Assembly: GCF_006345805.1 (NCBI RefSeq)
Contig: NC_042997.1
Span: 124,434,001-124,498,000 of the forward strand
From: Octopus sinensis
Taxonomy: Eukaryota
Direction: 5' to 3'
Length of the DNA: 64,000 nucleotides
In this document: one piece after another, positions 26,719 through 40,159 of the stretch
Position numbering within the stretch: the first letter of the stretch is position 1
How the letters are laid out: each line of letters begins with the position of its first letter
Program-made: the position numbers and the translations under genes
The notes under the pieces: generated by a model
The model's input: only the letters and a program-made list of their open reading frames with translations
Database searches by the model: none
Told to the model about the DNA's origin: nothing

Positions 26719-26965
26719 GCATCCTTTTAAAGCCTAGCCAGGCTCATGGGCCCGGTTTCCTAGTTTCTATGGCGTATGTGTTCCCCAGCTGGACAGGACG
26801 CCAGTCCATCGCAGGGTTACTCATTTTTGCCAACTGAGTCGACTGGAGCAACGTGAAATGAAATGTTTTGCTCAAGAACACAACGCGTCGCCCGGTCCAG
26901 GAATCGAAACCACAATCTTACGATCATGGTGTTGACATCCTAACCACTAAGCCACGCACCTCCAC
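26718..26965 (-). mobile_element. SINE family D
   Basis: Minus strand gtggaggtgcgtggcttagtggttagg...ggtttcgattcctggaccggg; similar copy at 63139-63398. Confidence 0.88.
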
Positions 26966-27850
26966 TCTATATATATGTAAGGCAGTTTTTATATCCAACT
27001 TAACGTGGTAGTGTTAGATTGAAGAATACTACGTTTTTTACTAATGATACATAAAATCACTCATGTCTATATCATTGTCATACGTGAATCGTTTTGACGG
27101 GTGTGGGAAGTCCCAGATCCCGCGAATTTTTATATATCGTTGACAGTGAGATTCAACTATCACCACTGGTGAACCGTGGCAGCTTGAAAAGTTGTAATCA
27201 ATCTGTTCCGGCGCCTATAGTAGACGGGAATGGTCTGCCAGCGATTTAAATGTGAATGCTTTTATACAATATGCGACCATATTCAAATTTTACAAACAGC
27301 AAATAAGGGATATAACTCCAAATATATCAAATAATCTATGGTTTAAAAGACAGGAACAATGTAGGTGAAAGCCAGGCATTTACTTCGTTCTTTAGTTAAC
27401 TTCAGTTGGAATTGGGGTTCTTTTCCCTTTGACTGGAAGATTTTAAAAATAATTTCTTTGTAACTAAACGCTTTTAAACTTCGTATACTGGTAGAATGTG
27501 TTACATAAAACATCTTTTTCTCTTGGCTTTCTTGAGAAAATTCTGTAGTTTGTAAGCTATTTGTTGTTAAATTTCTTGCATTTCGGCAATTTCAACCGGA
27601 TTAGTTTTAGCATGAAAAAAAAATGCATTCGTCTCCTATCACCAGTTGAAAACCACCACATTTTTGCTAAGACCGGCAGTAATTCAGTTCCCTGTCGAAA
27701 CTATACGATGTCACTTGCGTCATTCTTTTATGTTATTTGTTTCATTCATTTGACTGCATCCATGCCTTACCGCTAATTTACCGGAATATAAACACACCAG
27801 CACCGGTTTGCATTTGGTGGTAGGAGACGAACACCCACACGCACGCGTGT

Positions 27851-29929
27851 ATATTCTCTAATTTCACTGGTCCCACTCCTGAACTATATGGTCGTTATAT
27901 TGACGACATTATCGGTGCCACCTCACTCTCCCGCGAACATCTAGATTCCTTCTTCTCTTTCGTCCAATCTTTCCATCCAGCCCTCCACTTCACTTCCACT
28001 ATCTCCAACACCTCTGTCTCCTTCCTCGACATTTCGGTTAGCATTCTTCACTCCACTCTTACCACCTCCATTCACTACAAACACACAGACTCACACTCAT
28101 ACCTCAACTTCTCTTCCTCCCACCCAGAACACACCAAGCTTTCCATCCCCTATTCCCAATTCCTCCGTCTACGTAGGCTCTGTAGTGACGACCATGACTT
28201 TGAGACTCAGTCTCAATGTATGGCTCACCACTTCACCCTACGTGGATACCCCCTCACCACTATCCACACCGCCCTTGCCAGAGCACGGTCCGTGGACCGT
28301 GTATCTGCTCTCTCTCCCCGAACCCGCCCTGTAGTCTCCCGCCTCCCTTTTCCCCTCACTTACCACCCCACGACCCTACGTCTCCAACGCACCATTCTTC
28401 GAGCTTTCCGTCATCTCCAGTCCGACCCGTCCACTTCACACCTCTTCCCTAACCGACCCCTTCCCTCTTTCAAACGAGCCCACAACCTTCGAGACCTTTT
28501 GGTCCATAGCTCCTTCCCTGACCCTACCTCCCAACCCGGCTCGTTCCCCTGCTCCCGCCCACGTTGCCGCACTTGCCCTTACCTCTCCAACACCACCCGC
28601 CTCACTAGCACCCACCATCGACCCTATCCCATCATCCACTCCTTCACCTGCACCTCCAGCAATATTATCTATTGCATCTCTTGCTCTCTCTGCAATTCCT
28701 TGTACATCGGACAAACGGGACGCCGCTTGGCTGACCGGTTCGCGGAACACCTTCGTAACATCCACCTTGCGAACGACACACCGGTCTCACGCCATTTCCG
28801 CTCCACCGGTCACTCCTTGCAACACCTATCTGTGTTCGGTTTGTCCTTACACAGAGGCCATCCGGATTCCCGTTTGCGCCGTGAACAGGAATTAATCTTC
28901 TCTCTTCGCTCTTACACGCCATTTGGTCTCAACTCTCCCCCTCCTCATCTAACCCCCCTCTCCCCCCTCCTCACCTATCCTTTCTCCCCCCGACCCCTAC
29001 TTCTTCAGTCCTTCATCCTTTCACCCCTACTCCCCTTCCCCTCTTCCCTCTTTCTCCCTCCCTCTTCCCCTTCCCTCTGCTCCCTCACTCCCTCTCTCCC
29101 CTTCTCTCTTCCCCTCTCCCTCTTTCCTCCTTCATCCCCCTCCTCCCCTTCATTCTCCCCCATCCTCTCCTCTTCCCCCTTCTCATCCCCCTCTTCTTCC
29201 CCTCCCCTTCTCTCCCCCTCTTCTCCCCCTCCCCCTCTTCTCCTCACTACACCACATGACTTTACACATCACATCACATATGATGTGCCATACTAATACA
29301 CACACCAACTAATACATACTAATACGTACTAATACATACTAGTACATACTAATACTTACACCAACCCTATACATACACACGTCCAGACCCCGCATACGCA
29401 CTTATACTCTCTCTCTCACACACACACACACCTATACATACCAATACGTACTAATACATACTAATACATACTAATACATACACCAACCCCATACATACGC
29501 ACGTCCAGACCAATCCTACGCACTAATACTCTCTCATACACACACACACACACACACACCCTTATAATACTAATACATACACCAACCCTATACATACACA
29601 CATCCAGACCCCTCCCACGCACTTTTAGCTGGTCCCTCAACCCTTTTATCAACCCTATTATCTCCCCTTATTTCGCTCTCGCATCTCATGTTTGATCTTT
29701 GACCTCTGGCCGAAATCAGATCGCCATGTTGTTGCGTTAGCTACTGCACGCATTTTTTTTCTCTCCTCTTTCTGTGTTTTTCTCTCTCTGTGTATCTTTC
29801 TGTTGAAGAGCGTAGGCTCGAAACGTTAAAGACTTGTTTTATTTATATTTCCTGAGCGCCATACTAATACAATTGTTCGTTTGTTTTCCACCTGCCTTCG
29901 TCTTTTGTTTATTTTCATAAAGCTTCCCG

Positions 29930-29930
<1 letters not shown>
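27851..29930 (+). mobile_element. 5'-truncated Penelope-like retroelement (RT C-terminal half, GIY-YIG endonuclease, 3' UTR and terminal module)
   Basis: Frame open from 27824 to 29296: YGRYIDD (YIDD at 27896), SFLDI, YKHTDSHSYL, SIPYSQFLRLRRLCS, C..PRC.TC, NIIYCISC..C..LYIGQT.R....RF.EH, PFGLN. Followed by a CT-rich tract, ACTAATACAT repeats and a hammerhead-like module ending at (TA)n. Confidence 0.95.
29795..29832 (+). ncRNA. Minimal type I hammerhead ribozyme-like motif in the Penelope 3' terminal module
   Basis: UCUUU-CUGUUGA-A-GAGC(GUAG)GCUC-GAAA-CGU-U-AAAGA: stem I UCUUU/AAAGA, stem II GAGC/GCUC, palindromic ACGU stem III. Core position 6 is U, not A. Confidence 0.65.
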
Positions 29931-30009
<79 letters not shown>

Positions 30010-30022
30010 ATATATATATGAA

Positions 30023-30075
<53 letters not shown>

Positions 30076-30098
30076 ATATATATCTACACACACACACA

Positions 30099-30142
<44 letters not shown>
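29931..30142. repeat. (TA)n-rich compound microsatellite, representative of dozens of TA, CA, TATG, TATC and AAT tracts
   Basis: Direct inspection. Other long tracts at ~16800-16920, 26020-26200, 37280-37446, 38577-38700, 39350-39560 and 42740-42900. Confidence 0.95.
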
Positions 30143-30144
<2 letters not shown>

Positions 30145-30325
30145 CTATGCTGATATATGCGATATATAGTGGGACTGAACACGGAACCATGTGGTTTGAA
30201 AACAAACTTCTTACCGTACAGCGAAACTTGCGGGAAAGAAAACTGTTTAAATGTCCGTATACTACTTCATTGATATCGATATTATTTTCATTGGTTTTAG
30301 ACTTTTATGGGGAACAGTGAGTTTA

Positions 30326-30691
<366 letters not shown>

Positions 30692-31052
30692 TTAATTTCA
30701 CAAGACTGAATATTTTAATTTGATTTTATAATTTTATCAAATTTATGAATAATAATATTATCACAGTCACATCACTGAGGAATATATTTGCTTCTTCAGC
30801 ATTCCAAAGTAAAATATTTTATTTATTGCTCTTAGTGGTTTTATTCAATTAATTGTTAGGTATCGTAATATTAAAACCAAATATTTTCATGTACGGAAAT
30901 CAGAAAGATGGTTCAATTCTATTAAATCATAAAATCCATGTTTTGTTATATATCAAAGCAAATACTACAAACATAGTATTTAGTTGCATTCGCTTGGATA
31001 GCGCACATATTAAATAGTGAAGACTTACACAATGAAATAAATGGCTTCATTG

Positions 31053-31448
31053 AATTGTAGTGCCATACATAGTGGCATTTATGTATATGAAATTGTATAA
31101 TTTTTCGTGTTGCGTTAGATAGTATACAAATATAATCAGTAATATTCAGTTATACTATGGCATATTTACAATAGATTGTACTCTGAAATCTAGATATATT
31201 TCTGTACGTAAGAACTCCCTACTCGTGTTAAAAGAAAAATTGGCTTAAGAAATTGTAGTGCCATACAGAGTGGCATTTATGTATATGAAATTGTATAATT
31301 TTTCGTGTTGCGTTAGATAGTATACAAATATAATCAGTAATATTCAGTTATACTATGGCATATTTACAATAGATTGTACTCTGAAATCTAGATATATTTC
31401 TGTACGTAAGAACTCCCTACTCGTGTTAAAAGAAAAATTGGCTTAAGA
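31053..31448. repeat. Tandem duplication, 2 x 198 bp
   Basis: 31053-31250 matches 31251-31448 with one visible mismatch. Confidence 0.95.
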
Positions 31449-31552
31449 AACCACACGCTATATTCCAATTGTTATGTAAACGTAGTAAAAAAATGTCAAC
31501 AGAAAAATATACGCATACAACAGTAGTAAGTCAGACCGAAATGTGTACGTAC

Positions 31553-31765
31553 GTGTCGCGTGAGTTCTCCCATCATACCGTTCCAAGTCCCATTGACGGT
31601 AAGGGCTCCATAGTGACCGTCTTCTACAATTTTGATGATGTAATCCATGGGAAACTGATCTGCTATTTTGGCTGCTAGATCTACGACGTAGCCTTCGAAA
31701 CGAGCGTTTCCGACTAACGGCTCACCGGCTTCGTGGCGGACTTTATACATCAAGAATGGAGGCAC
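31553..31765 (-). CDS. AMPA-type iGluR exon (S1 ligand-binding lobe, first part)
   Basis: VPPFLMYK...RFEGYVVDL...IKIVEDGHYG...GTWNGMMGELTRH. Acceptor ttgtag, donor gtacgt, 213 nt. Confidence 0.96.
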
Positions 31766-32285
31766 CTACAACGAGAGAATTCAGAATCAAACATTATATG
31801 GATATGCATAAATGCAAACGCAAAACGATGACGAAGAGCACAATATAGATAGTAAAAAATTCAATGAGTACTCAATTCGAATGTGTGGTGCCAAAACCCC
31901 GGTACGATAAGGACAGGGCTGCAGGATATAATACTTAATGGTTTCTAGTTAGTGGTGTGGGGATATGCTTTATGGAATATGTGTACGTGTTTGTGCGTGT
32001 GCGTATGTATGTATGTATGTATGTATGTATGTATGTATGTATGTATGTATGTATGTATGTATGTATAAGCTACATTATGAAATCTACCAGGTTCATGATT
32101 GTGATAGGAACTCAATGAACACCGAGTAGTCCATTTCTCGTCCGGCTGCAATTATCAGTTGAGCGCCGTTCTTTAACATGATTTCGGCCCATTAAGCTCA
32201 GTATCTCTCCACAAGATGAGCCCGCAACAGCTGGACGTATTGCGTTGCAACCGAACTCGTGACACTTCTGTGGCCTTATACGCAT

Positions 32286-32905
32286 TCATAAACCTTCTGG
32301 TAATCCAAGCACTACACTCAACTGCTTTTCCCCCACATTCCTTGATGGTCTTCTTACAGCAGATACACCAGCTACTTTCAGCAACCTGTTGAGAGAAGCT
32401 GCTGGGAAACCCCTGCAGCCGACATCGAGCGCAACCAGCTCACAGAGGTAACCTTTCTCCCGAATCTCAGCTACCAGCCCTTCATAGCCCAACAGCTTCC
32501 ACTCATGAGTCTCAGCAATACTCTCCTCCCATGGCACAGTAAGCTCCCCAAGGACCACACTCTCTGACCTCCTCATCCACAAAAAACAGTTTGGTCCAGA
32601 GTACTGACACAAAGATGCTTTCAGGCAATGGCTTTTCCATGAACACCTCCTATCTTCTGTCTTCGGCCTGCCGAGGTTTCTGTCTCTTTGGCATCACACA
32701 TTGCTTCACAAATGCTGTTTTGCGCAAGCTCAGTTCACGCACTTGACCCTCTCTTGCATCTGAAGCAACAATGTTTAGCTCTAAATTATGTCTAAATATA
32801 TACCATGCAGACTGGAGTGCCTTTGGGCAAGTAAACAGCATGTGTTTGTGGCTGCCATACTTCCCACAGAAGTGGCACTGTGGATTCTCTTGGAAACCCC
32901 AGCAT
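32286..32905 (-). mobile_element. C-terminal fragment of a restriction-like-endonuclease non-LTR retrotransposon (HERO/NeSL/R2-group)
   Basis: WGFQENPQCHFCGKYGSHKHMLFTC...YIFRHN (CCHC plus RHN), then ELTVPWEE...K...Y..L...DVGCRGF; frameshifted. Confidence 0.88.
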
Positions 32906-32957
32906 TATAAATATAATTGAACATATATGAATACATATATATATATATGTGTGTGTG

Positions 32958-33016
<59 letters not shown>

Positions 33017-34227
33017 GTATATATACTATTGCTATATATTTTATATACTTATTATATATATACCCTTATGATAGCGGTGTAATCGTAGTACTTGAACCAT
33101 TCATCAATAGAAACAAAATGTTACTGAAACAACTGTTGTGAAAGTTTTTAACTCCATTTATATGTTTCTTTTATACAAGCGTCTAGAACCATCCCTAGGT
33201 TGTATCTATAACTTGTATTGGATCAGGAACCTTTTATGTGAGTATATAAATTTATATGTATGATGCATGAATGTATGTATGTATGTATGTATGTATGTAT
33301 GTATGTATGTATGGGTCTGGCCCCTTTATATTCCTTCTGCATGTTACAACACCTTAATTCCTACGAATCCTACAACTAATTGATAATATTACATCCACTG
33401 AAAAATTCTTATTTTAACGTTACATAATGGAATAACATAATTTAGACTTCTCCTCTGTGTGTGTGTGTGAGTGTGTGTGTGTATGTGCATGTACGTATGC
33501 ATTTATGAATACGTGTAGGTATGTGTTTATCAATATGTACACATATACATGTATCAAAGTTTATTATAACAAATCCAATTAATGCTTTTTGTTTGTGAAA
33601 ATTTAGCATGGCAGAAAGTTTTAGTAAATTGAATCGCCAGACTCTGTTAATAACCCATTCCTACCCATTGCTCAACTCTGTAATCTAATTATCTAAGCAT
33701 ATCAAAGTGGTTTGCATTCGTTTAATCTATTATATCATTTGGAACTGTTTTGAAACCGGTAAATTGTTGGTTGATATTTGTAATATGTGATAAAACAATA
33801 TTATTTAAGAGAGCTGCAAAGATATTTCTTGTATAAACACTATTTCAAATAACTTCATGGAAACGATAGCTTCATATAAGTGGGGCACTGAGGTCGATAT
33901 AATGGACTAGCTCCTTTCCACTAAATGTGCTGGCCTCGTGCCAAAACCGGAAACCATTCAATGGCAATCCGGTGTAAACTGGAGCGCCTACACATCGGTC
34001 AAAATTCGAAACTACATTACTTTATTCCTCTAATCTCATTTATTTGCCCGATGCCACAAAAATATCGGCCAGACAATAACGTTTCTAAAGTGCCAATGTA
34101 GGATAGGATAGATGTGTTCACTACGCGTAAGCAAATTGACTGAGTCGTTTAGCGTATTGGAAATGATTCTTCACAGTATTTCTTCCAGTTCCCTGAGGTC
34201 TAATTTCTGTTCCATCCCTTTGATTGT

Positions 34228-34467
34228 TACACCTTTGTCTTTTTCCTATCCCCACTCTGTCATTCTCTCTGCGTATCTTCGTCGTCGACGGGTCCCAGAA
34301 AGGTGTGTTTACATCGTGGCATCTACACCTTTTTCTTTTTCCAAAGAAGTTTAGGATTTTTTAATTCACCTGTCATTTAATAAAACGGTCTCTCCCCACT
34401 CTGTCATTCTCTCTGCGTATCTTTGTCGTCGACGGGTCCCAGAAAGGTGTGTTTACATCGTGGCATC
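34228..34467. repeat. Complex local duplication (74-bp direct repeat plus ~19-bp repeat)
   Basis: 34250-34323 matches 34394-34467 (one mismatch); tacaccttt.tctttttcc occurs at 34228 and 34324. Confidence 0.9.
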
Positions 34468-36827
34468 ACCAACGCTTCCACCGTTGCAGGACTGGTTCTT
34501 CGGAAGAAAACTCTCATTTTATTATATTCATTTTATTTTATTTTTAGTTTAAAGTTGTTCTTGCATCTTAGAAGCATCATTCCTGATGAACTGGATTCCT
34601 CTCTTCCTCATGAACAGATCCGGAATTTATAAATATTGACAAATATATATATAGGATATGTAAAGTCAAAGATATTCACCTCTCTATATAACTAATACTT
34701 ATATTATTAACTCTGAAGAAATAAAGATTAAAGATTCCATGAAGTTTTCGAAATTTGTAGACAGAAAGCACAAATAAATATAAAACGTTCTTGCTTAATC
34801 CCATGTCAATTCTAAAAGAATGAATCTATGATTAAAATCATTCTAGCTGTGACCTTTCTATCTGTTATTTCGGTTATCGCATTTAGGTTATATAATTCAA
34901 TGTGTCATTTTCTTGTTTAGAAAAGTCAAAGTACGGATTTAAGGGAAATTTGGCTGCTATTTTTAGCATGAGCGACTACGGAAAATCTGTGATGTTAGTA
35001 AGTTTTTAATATGACATACTATCCTTTTCTTCTATACATTAATTTATAATGCTGTAGAGTATGCTGTTATACCACTCTATAATTCTATATAATTCTATAT
35101 AGCATCTTTTATAAGTCTATATAACTTTGTATGTAAGAATTATGTATTGTATGTTACGTATATATCCACAATGATCAAGTGATGCGATTGTGGATAAGGA
35201 TGTCTGAATATGTAGACAGAAATATTGCTAGATTTACTAGTTCTGTGTTCGCTTTCCGCTTTCCTCTTCCTTTCGTTGTTCGACTTTAAGAAGAAGCTAA
35301 AAGCTAAGTAACATGATTATTATTCTTTAAATAAAAATAAAACATCATCGAAATTCATTCTTATCATTCATTTGTGGTCCATTATGACTAGAAGGTTGTC
35401 ATTTCTCTACAGAAACATAAAAATAATCAGCAAATGTACAAAGACAAATTTCAGAACGAAAAAAAAAAAACGAAAAGAAAACGAAAACTATTTTCTTCTC
35501 GCTACTCTATTATGGCAGCGATTTAGGTTAATCTGAGCTCTTCTCTACTTGCATTCTTTCTTCAGATTTTATTCCCAACGTTGCTGTCTTCCCACGCCCA
35601 TAAACCTCAAGACACTGACCTGAGTAAACTTTCGATTGGTGATCAAATGCTTAATGGAAGGAGGTATTCTTTATTGTTTTCGATTTTTTTTCCTTCTACT
35701 TTTTAATCATAGAGGGAATGAAAAATACAAAATTTATATGAAAAAAAGTTTAAAATAATGTAAAGAAAGTAAATAAATTAATGAGCAGAAGACAAAAGCT
35801 ATAGTTTTGTTAGACCCATTTTTAGACAATGTGTTAGAACTGCTGTTCTATATCCACTTAAAATATGAGAATTGATTGTTCTAAATATAAATTTATAGCC
35901 AACGCTGAAAGAGACAGTACATTTCTACAGACTCCTCATGCATGGGTTCAATTGATTGGTTAAATCATCGTGTAGAGCGAGAGATCGATCGACTGTAGTT
36001 GTTGAAATGTATTCAAGTTGAACAGTCAAATCACTAAAGTCAATCCAAAATCGATAAATCATACTTGCAGAAGCATATGCAAGGGATGGGTAGGTGAGCG
36101 TGAACGTTCATGCAGACAGTGTACGAAGATACGGCTTCGCTTACTTTATTGACTCTGTACTAACTATATCTAGATTCCAGCCTAACTATTTTAGTATTGA
36201 TCGATATAAGCATATGCTGGATATGGAAATAGCTATTATCTCCCTTTACATCTCCAACATTCCTGAATTATTGTGTATGTCGGGTTATTTCCCTTTAAAA
36301 CAAACTATCACTTTAGTTTTCTGAATGATGTCAAACTGTAATGGATTTCTCGTTCATTTATAATAATTCCTTTAAATTTTTCCAATCTCCAATATCTTCA
36401 AATTTCCTTTTAATGTAAGGATGTTTTCAATTCTATTTAGCACAGATTGTATATATAATAAATATTTTCATAGACAGGAACAAGTGGCTGGGTTTTGAAA
36501 AGAGGAAATGCAAACACTTTCATTTCCGTTTCATTTACCATCAATACTACCATCACTAACACCATCACCACCACAACCACCACCACAGCCGCTACCACCA
36601 GCAACACCAACAGCAACAACAATACGATGTATGACATTAGTTGTGAAAACGACTAGAAGTAGATCCAACTAAGTATTATAGTCGGCAATAGAGAGGATTT
36701 TAATAAGATTTAAGTTCATATCAACAGTAAATTTACTAAATACATACATAGATGTATATAAATATATGTGCATATATATTCATGCATGTGTATCTACATA
36801 CACTATATATGAGTGTGTGTGGTGTGA

Positions 36828-36872
<45 letters not shown>

Positions 36873-36902
36873 GATATATATATAATTTTACTCTGCTATG
36901 GG

Positions 36903-37248
36903 CTTGGGCCCCGTGCCATCCGCCCAAAACAAAAATCGCATTCTCATCTCATAACAACAATACGGCACAATTATTTCACCTCAATTGGCCCCGCTCTCTT
37001 TAACATTACACCAAAACACATTAAAACAGAAACTGACCCTATAGGGTTCAAGAAGTCTTTGGACAGATTCCTTCAAGAAATCCCGGATAAACCCCCTACA
37101 CCCGGATATGTCTCTGTAAACAATAACTCTCTACTTGAGTGGGCCATAGTGCCCAAATTCTGACTTGAAAGACTTCACCAGGTGGTGCTATTAAGTTAGA
37201 CATGGCCTGGGCCAATAATGGCCGAAACCTATCAAAGTATCAAAGTAT
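36903..37248 (+). mobile_element. 3' end of a CR1/L2-group LINE
   Basis: LGPRAIRPK...NYFTSIGPALFN...FKKSLDRFLQEIPDKPPTPGY...NSLLEW..., then a GGCCA-ataa-TGGCC stem-loop and an (ATCAAAGT)2 tail. Confidence 0.8.
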
Positions 37249-37297
37249 GTATTGAGTACCTTATTTACTGTGGTTAACCCCGAACCAACCCGGGACC

Positions 37298-37356
<59 letters not shown>

Positions 37357-37366
37357 TATATATACC

Positions 37367-37420
<54 letters not shown>

Positions 37421-37447
37421 ATATATATATATATATATATATATATA

Positions 37448-37618
37448 GCCGCAGGAGTGGCTGTGTGGTAAGTAGCATGCTTACCAACCACATGGCTCCG
37501 GGTTCAGTCCCACTGCGTGGCACCTTGAGCAAATGTCTTCTAATATAGCCTCGGGCCGACCAAAACTTTATGAGTCGATTTGGCAGACGGAAACTGAAAG
37601 AAGCCCGTCGTATATATG

Positions 37619-37683
<65 letters not shown>

Positions 37684-37875
37684 TTGTGTGTTTATGTGTT
37701 TGTGTTTGTCCCCCCAACATCGCTTGACAACCGATGGTAGTGTGTTTATATCCCCATAACTAGAGGTTCGACTAAGCTTACAAAGAATAAGTGCTGGGGT
37801 CGATTTGCTCGACTAAAGGCAGTGCTCCAGAATGGCCACAGTCAAATGACTGAAACAAGTAAAAGAGTAAAGAGG
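37448..37875 (+). mobile_element. SINE family B
   Basis: Colinear with 3250-3700. Confidence 0.85.
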
Positions 37876-38037
37876 AAATATATACGAAATGGCACACACA
37901 CACAAACACACACATGTATTAATTTATTTCTAATTTTACATGTCCGTGGTAGATATGATTGTCATTACATATATAATAATTAATCTCTTTTCTTTTATGG
38001 TAATACAGAATTCCATGCATTAATCACCAATGTATAT

Positions 38038-38275
38038 ATATTTCTTTACTACCCACAAGGGGCTATACATAGAGGGGACAAACAAGGACAGACAAACGGA
38101 TTAAGACGATTACATCGACCCCAGTGAGTAACTGGTACTTAATTAATCGACCCCGAAAGGATGAAAGGCAAAGTCGACCTCGGCGGAATTTGAACTCAGA
38201 ACGTAACGGCAGACGAAATACGGCTACGCATTTCGCCCGGCGTGCTAACGGTTCTGCCAGCTCACCGCCTAAGTA
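38038..38275 (-). mobile_element. SINE family A with 17-bp TSD
   Basis: TSD taatcaccaatgtatat at 38021-38037 and 38276-38292. Confidence 0.9.
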
Positions 38276-38574
38276 TAATCACCAATGTATATCGTTTATT
38301 CTACACCTCGTTCAATTACATAAGAAACAGGGTCCAATAATCACAAAATAAAAATTACGAGAGACATAAATAAAGATCGGGAACAATTAAATCTGATTAA
38401 TTTGGGTACCAGGGAAGATAGACGGGCTGATCCAAATCTTGTGTAATGTGTTTGAGATGGTGTGAATTAATTGTGACTAGAGATGATAGACATTATATGA
38501 TGGGCTTATATAATATGTAGATTGTTAAATTCCAGAAACCAAAGCTCGTTGTTGACATAGCAATTTAGGAGAGG

Positions 38575-38658
<84 letters not shown>

Positions 38659-38718
38659 AATATATATGTATTATGTATGTATATATTTATGTATGTATGT
38701 ATATATGCTTATATGTAC

Positions 38719-38935
38719 GCTCATGATCCTAGTGTCGTGGTTTCCATTCTTGAACTGGACAACATGTTGTGTTCTTGAGCAAAACACTTCATTTCATGTT
38801 GTTCCAGTTCACTCAGCTGGCAAAAATTAGTAATGCTGCGACTGACCGACCGGCGCCCAGTGCATCGGGGAATATACACGCAACAGAAACCGGACAACCG
38901 GCTGTATTAGTGTATGCTACTCGGATTGGAGAATA
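38719..38935 (+). mobile_element. Decayed SINE family D
   Basis: gttgtgttcttgagcaaaacacttcatttca...cactcagctggcaaaa. Confidence 0.7.
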
Positions 38936-39044
38936 TTTGCTTATATATATATATATACCTCCCTGCTTCCATTTCCTGAGCGCCTATTAATAATAACACT
39001 GTAATTGTTCCATTGTTGTTGTTTTTTTGTTTCCCGTTTGGATT

Positions 39045-39096
<52 letters not shown>

Positions 39097-39112
39097 ATGT
39101 ATGTATGTACGT

Positions 39113-39346
39113 AGAGAGAATTTACAAAAAAAAACAAAAAAACAAAAGAGGAAGATGGGTGTGTAAACAACAAACAGATGTATTAGTTTGACGCTCGGGA
39201 AATGAGAAAGTCTTTTATGTTTCGAGCCTACGCTCTTCGGCAGAAAGGAACACAGAAATATACAGGGAGTGAAAATAAAAAAAAAGGTTTAGTGGCTAGC
39301 GATCTATCAAGGCGAATGCCGGACGGAGGGGTCACACAAGAGAGCC
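39113..39346 (-). mobile_element. Solo Penelope terminal module with hammerhead-like motif (39212-39247)
   Basis: Minus strand ctttctgccgaagagcgtaggctcgaaacataaaag plus shared flanks; sits between microsatellites. Confidence 0.75.
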
Positions 39347-39401
39347 ATATATGTATATGTATATGTATGTATATATGTATGTACGTATGTATGTCCGTAT
39401 G

Positions 39402-39435
<34 letters not shown>

Positions 39436-39469
39436 TGTATGTATGTATGTATGTATGTATGTATGTATG

Positions 39470-39500
<31 letters not shown>

Positions 39501-40095
39501 GTAGGTAGGTAGGTAGGTAGGTAGGTAGGTAGGTAGGTAGGTAGGTAGGTAAGTAGGTATATTGTCATGGGTATGGCATTTAACTAGAGAAGTTCCAGTT
39601 CTGGAGTTGTGGAGAGCGTTGTGTAACCTCTTAATTGCCCACAGGCCCGTACTGACTTCCAACGGCAATGCTTGTCAGTATACTATCTGTGAGTTAAATA
39701 GACTTCTTAGGAGTAGATGCGGCTCCCGCTGTTCTTGAAAAAGCCATAGGGAAAGCAACACTTTTAGCAGATAGGTACTCTGACATAGACCTTTGAGTCA
39801 AAACACAGCCAGGCACCTTGCAATGCCTATCATTGGAACCTACTAGATAATTGAGAGAAGGACAAAAGCGTTGTTCAACCTTTTGTCGCTTATATCTATC
39901 GACGTACAGATGCCCCAATCTCATACCATCCTTTGATCTGTTTTGTATATTATAAAGTTTTTTGGCGATGGATGCGCGGTGAAAAGTCATATCTGCTTAC
40001 TTGCAAGTATGAAAGTAAATCAGAACAATGAACCTGAATGTGAGGTTATGATCTGCCATGATATGCCACTCATCATATACACACACTACACACAC

Positions 40096-40126
<31 letters not shown>

Positions 40127-40128
40127 TG

Positions 40129-40159
<31 letters not shown>

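Noticed and set aside
29296-29620. Regularly recurring ~40-bp motifs resembling a repeat-spacer array
   Set aside because: Eukaryotic context and low-complexity, mutually related spacers; these are subrepeats of the Penelope 3' UTR, not CRISPR.
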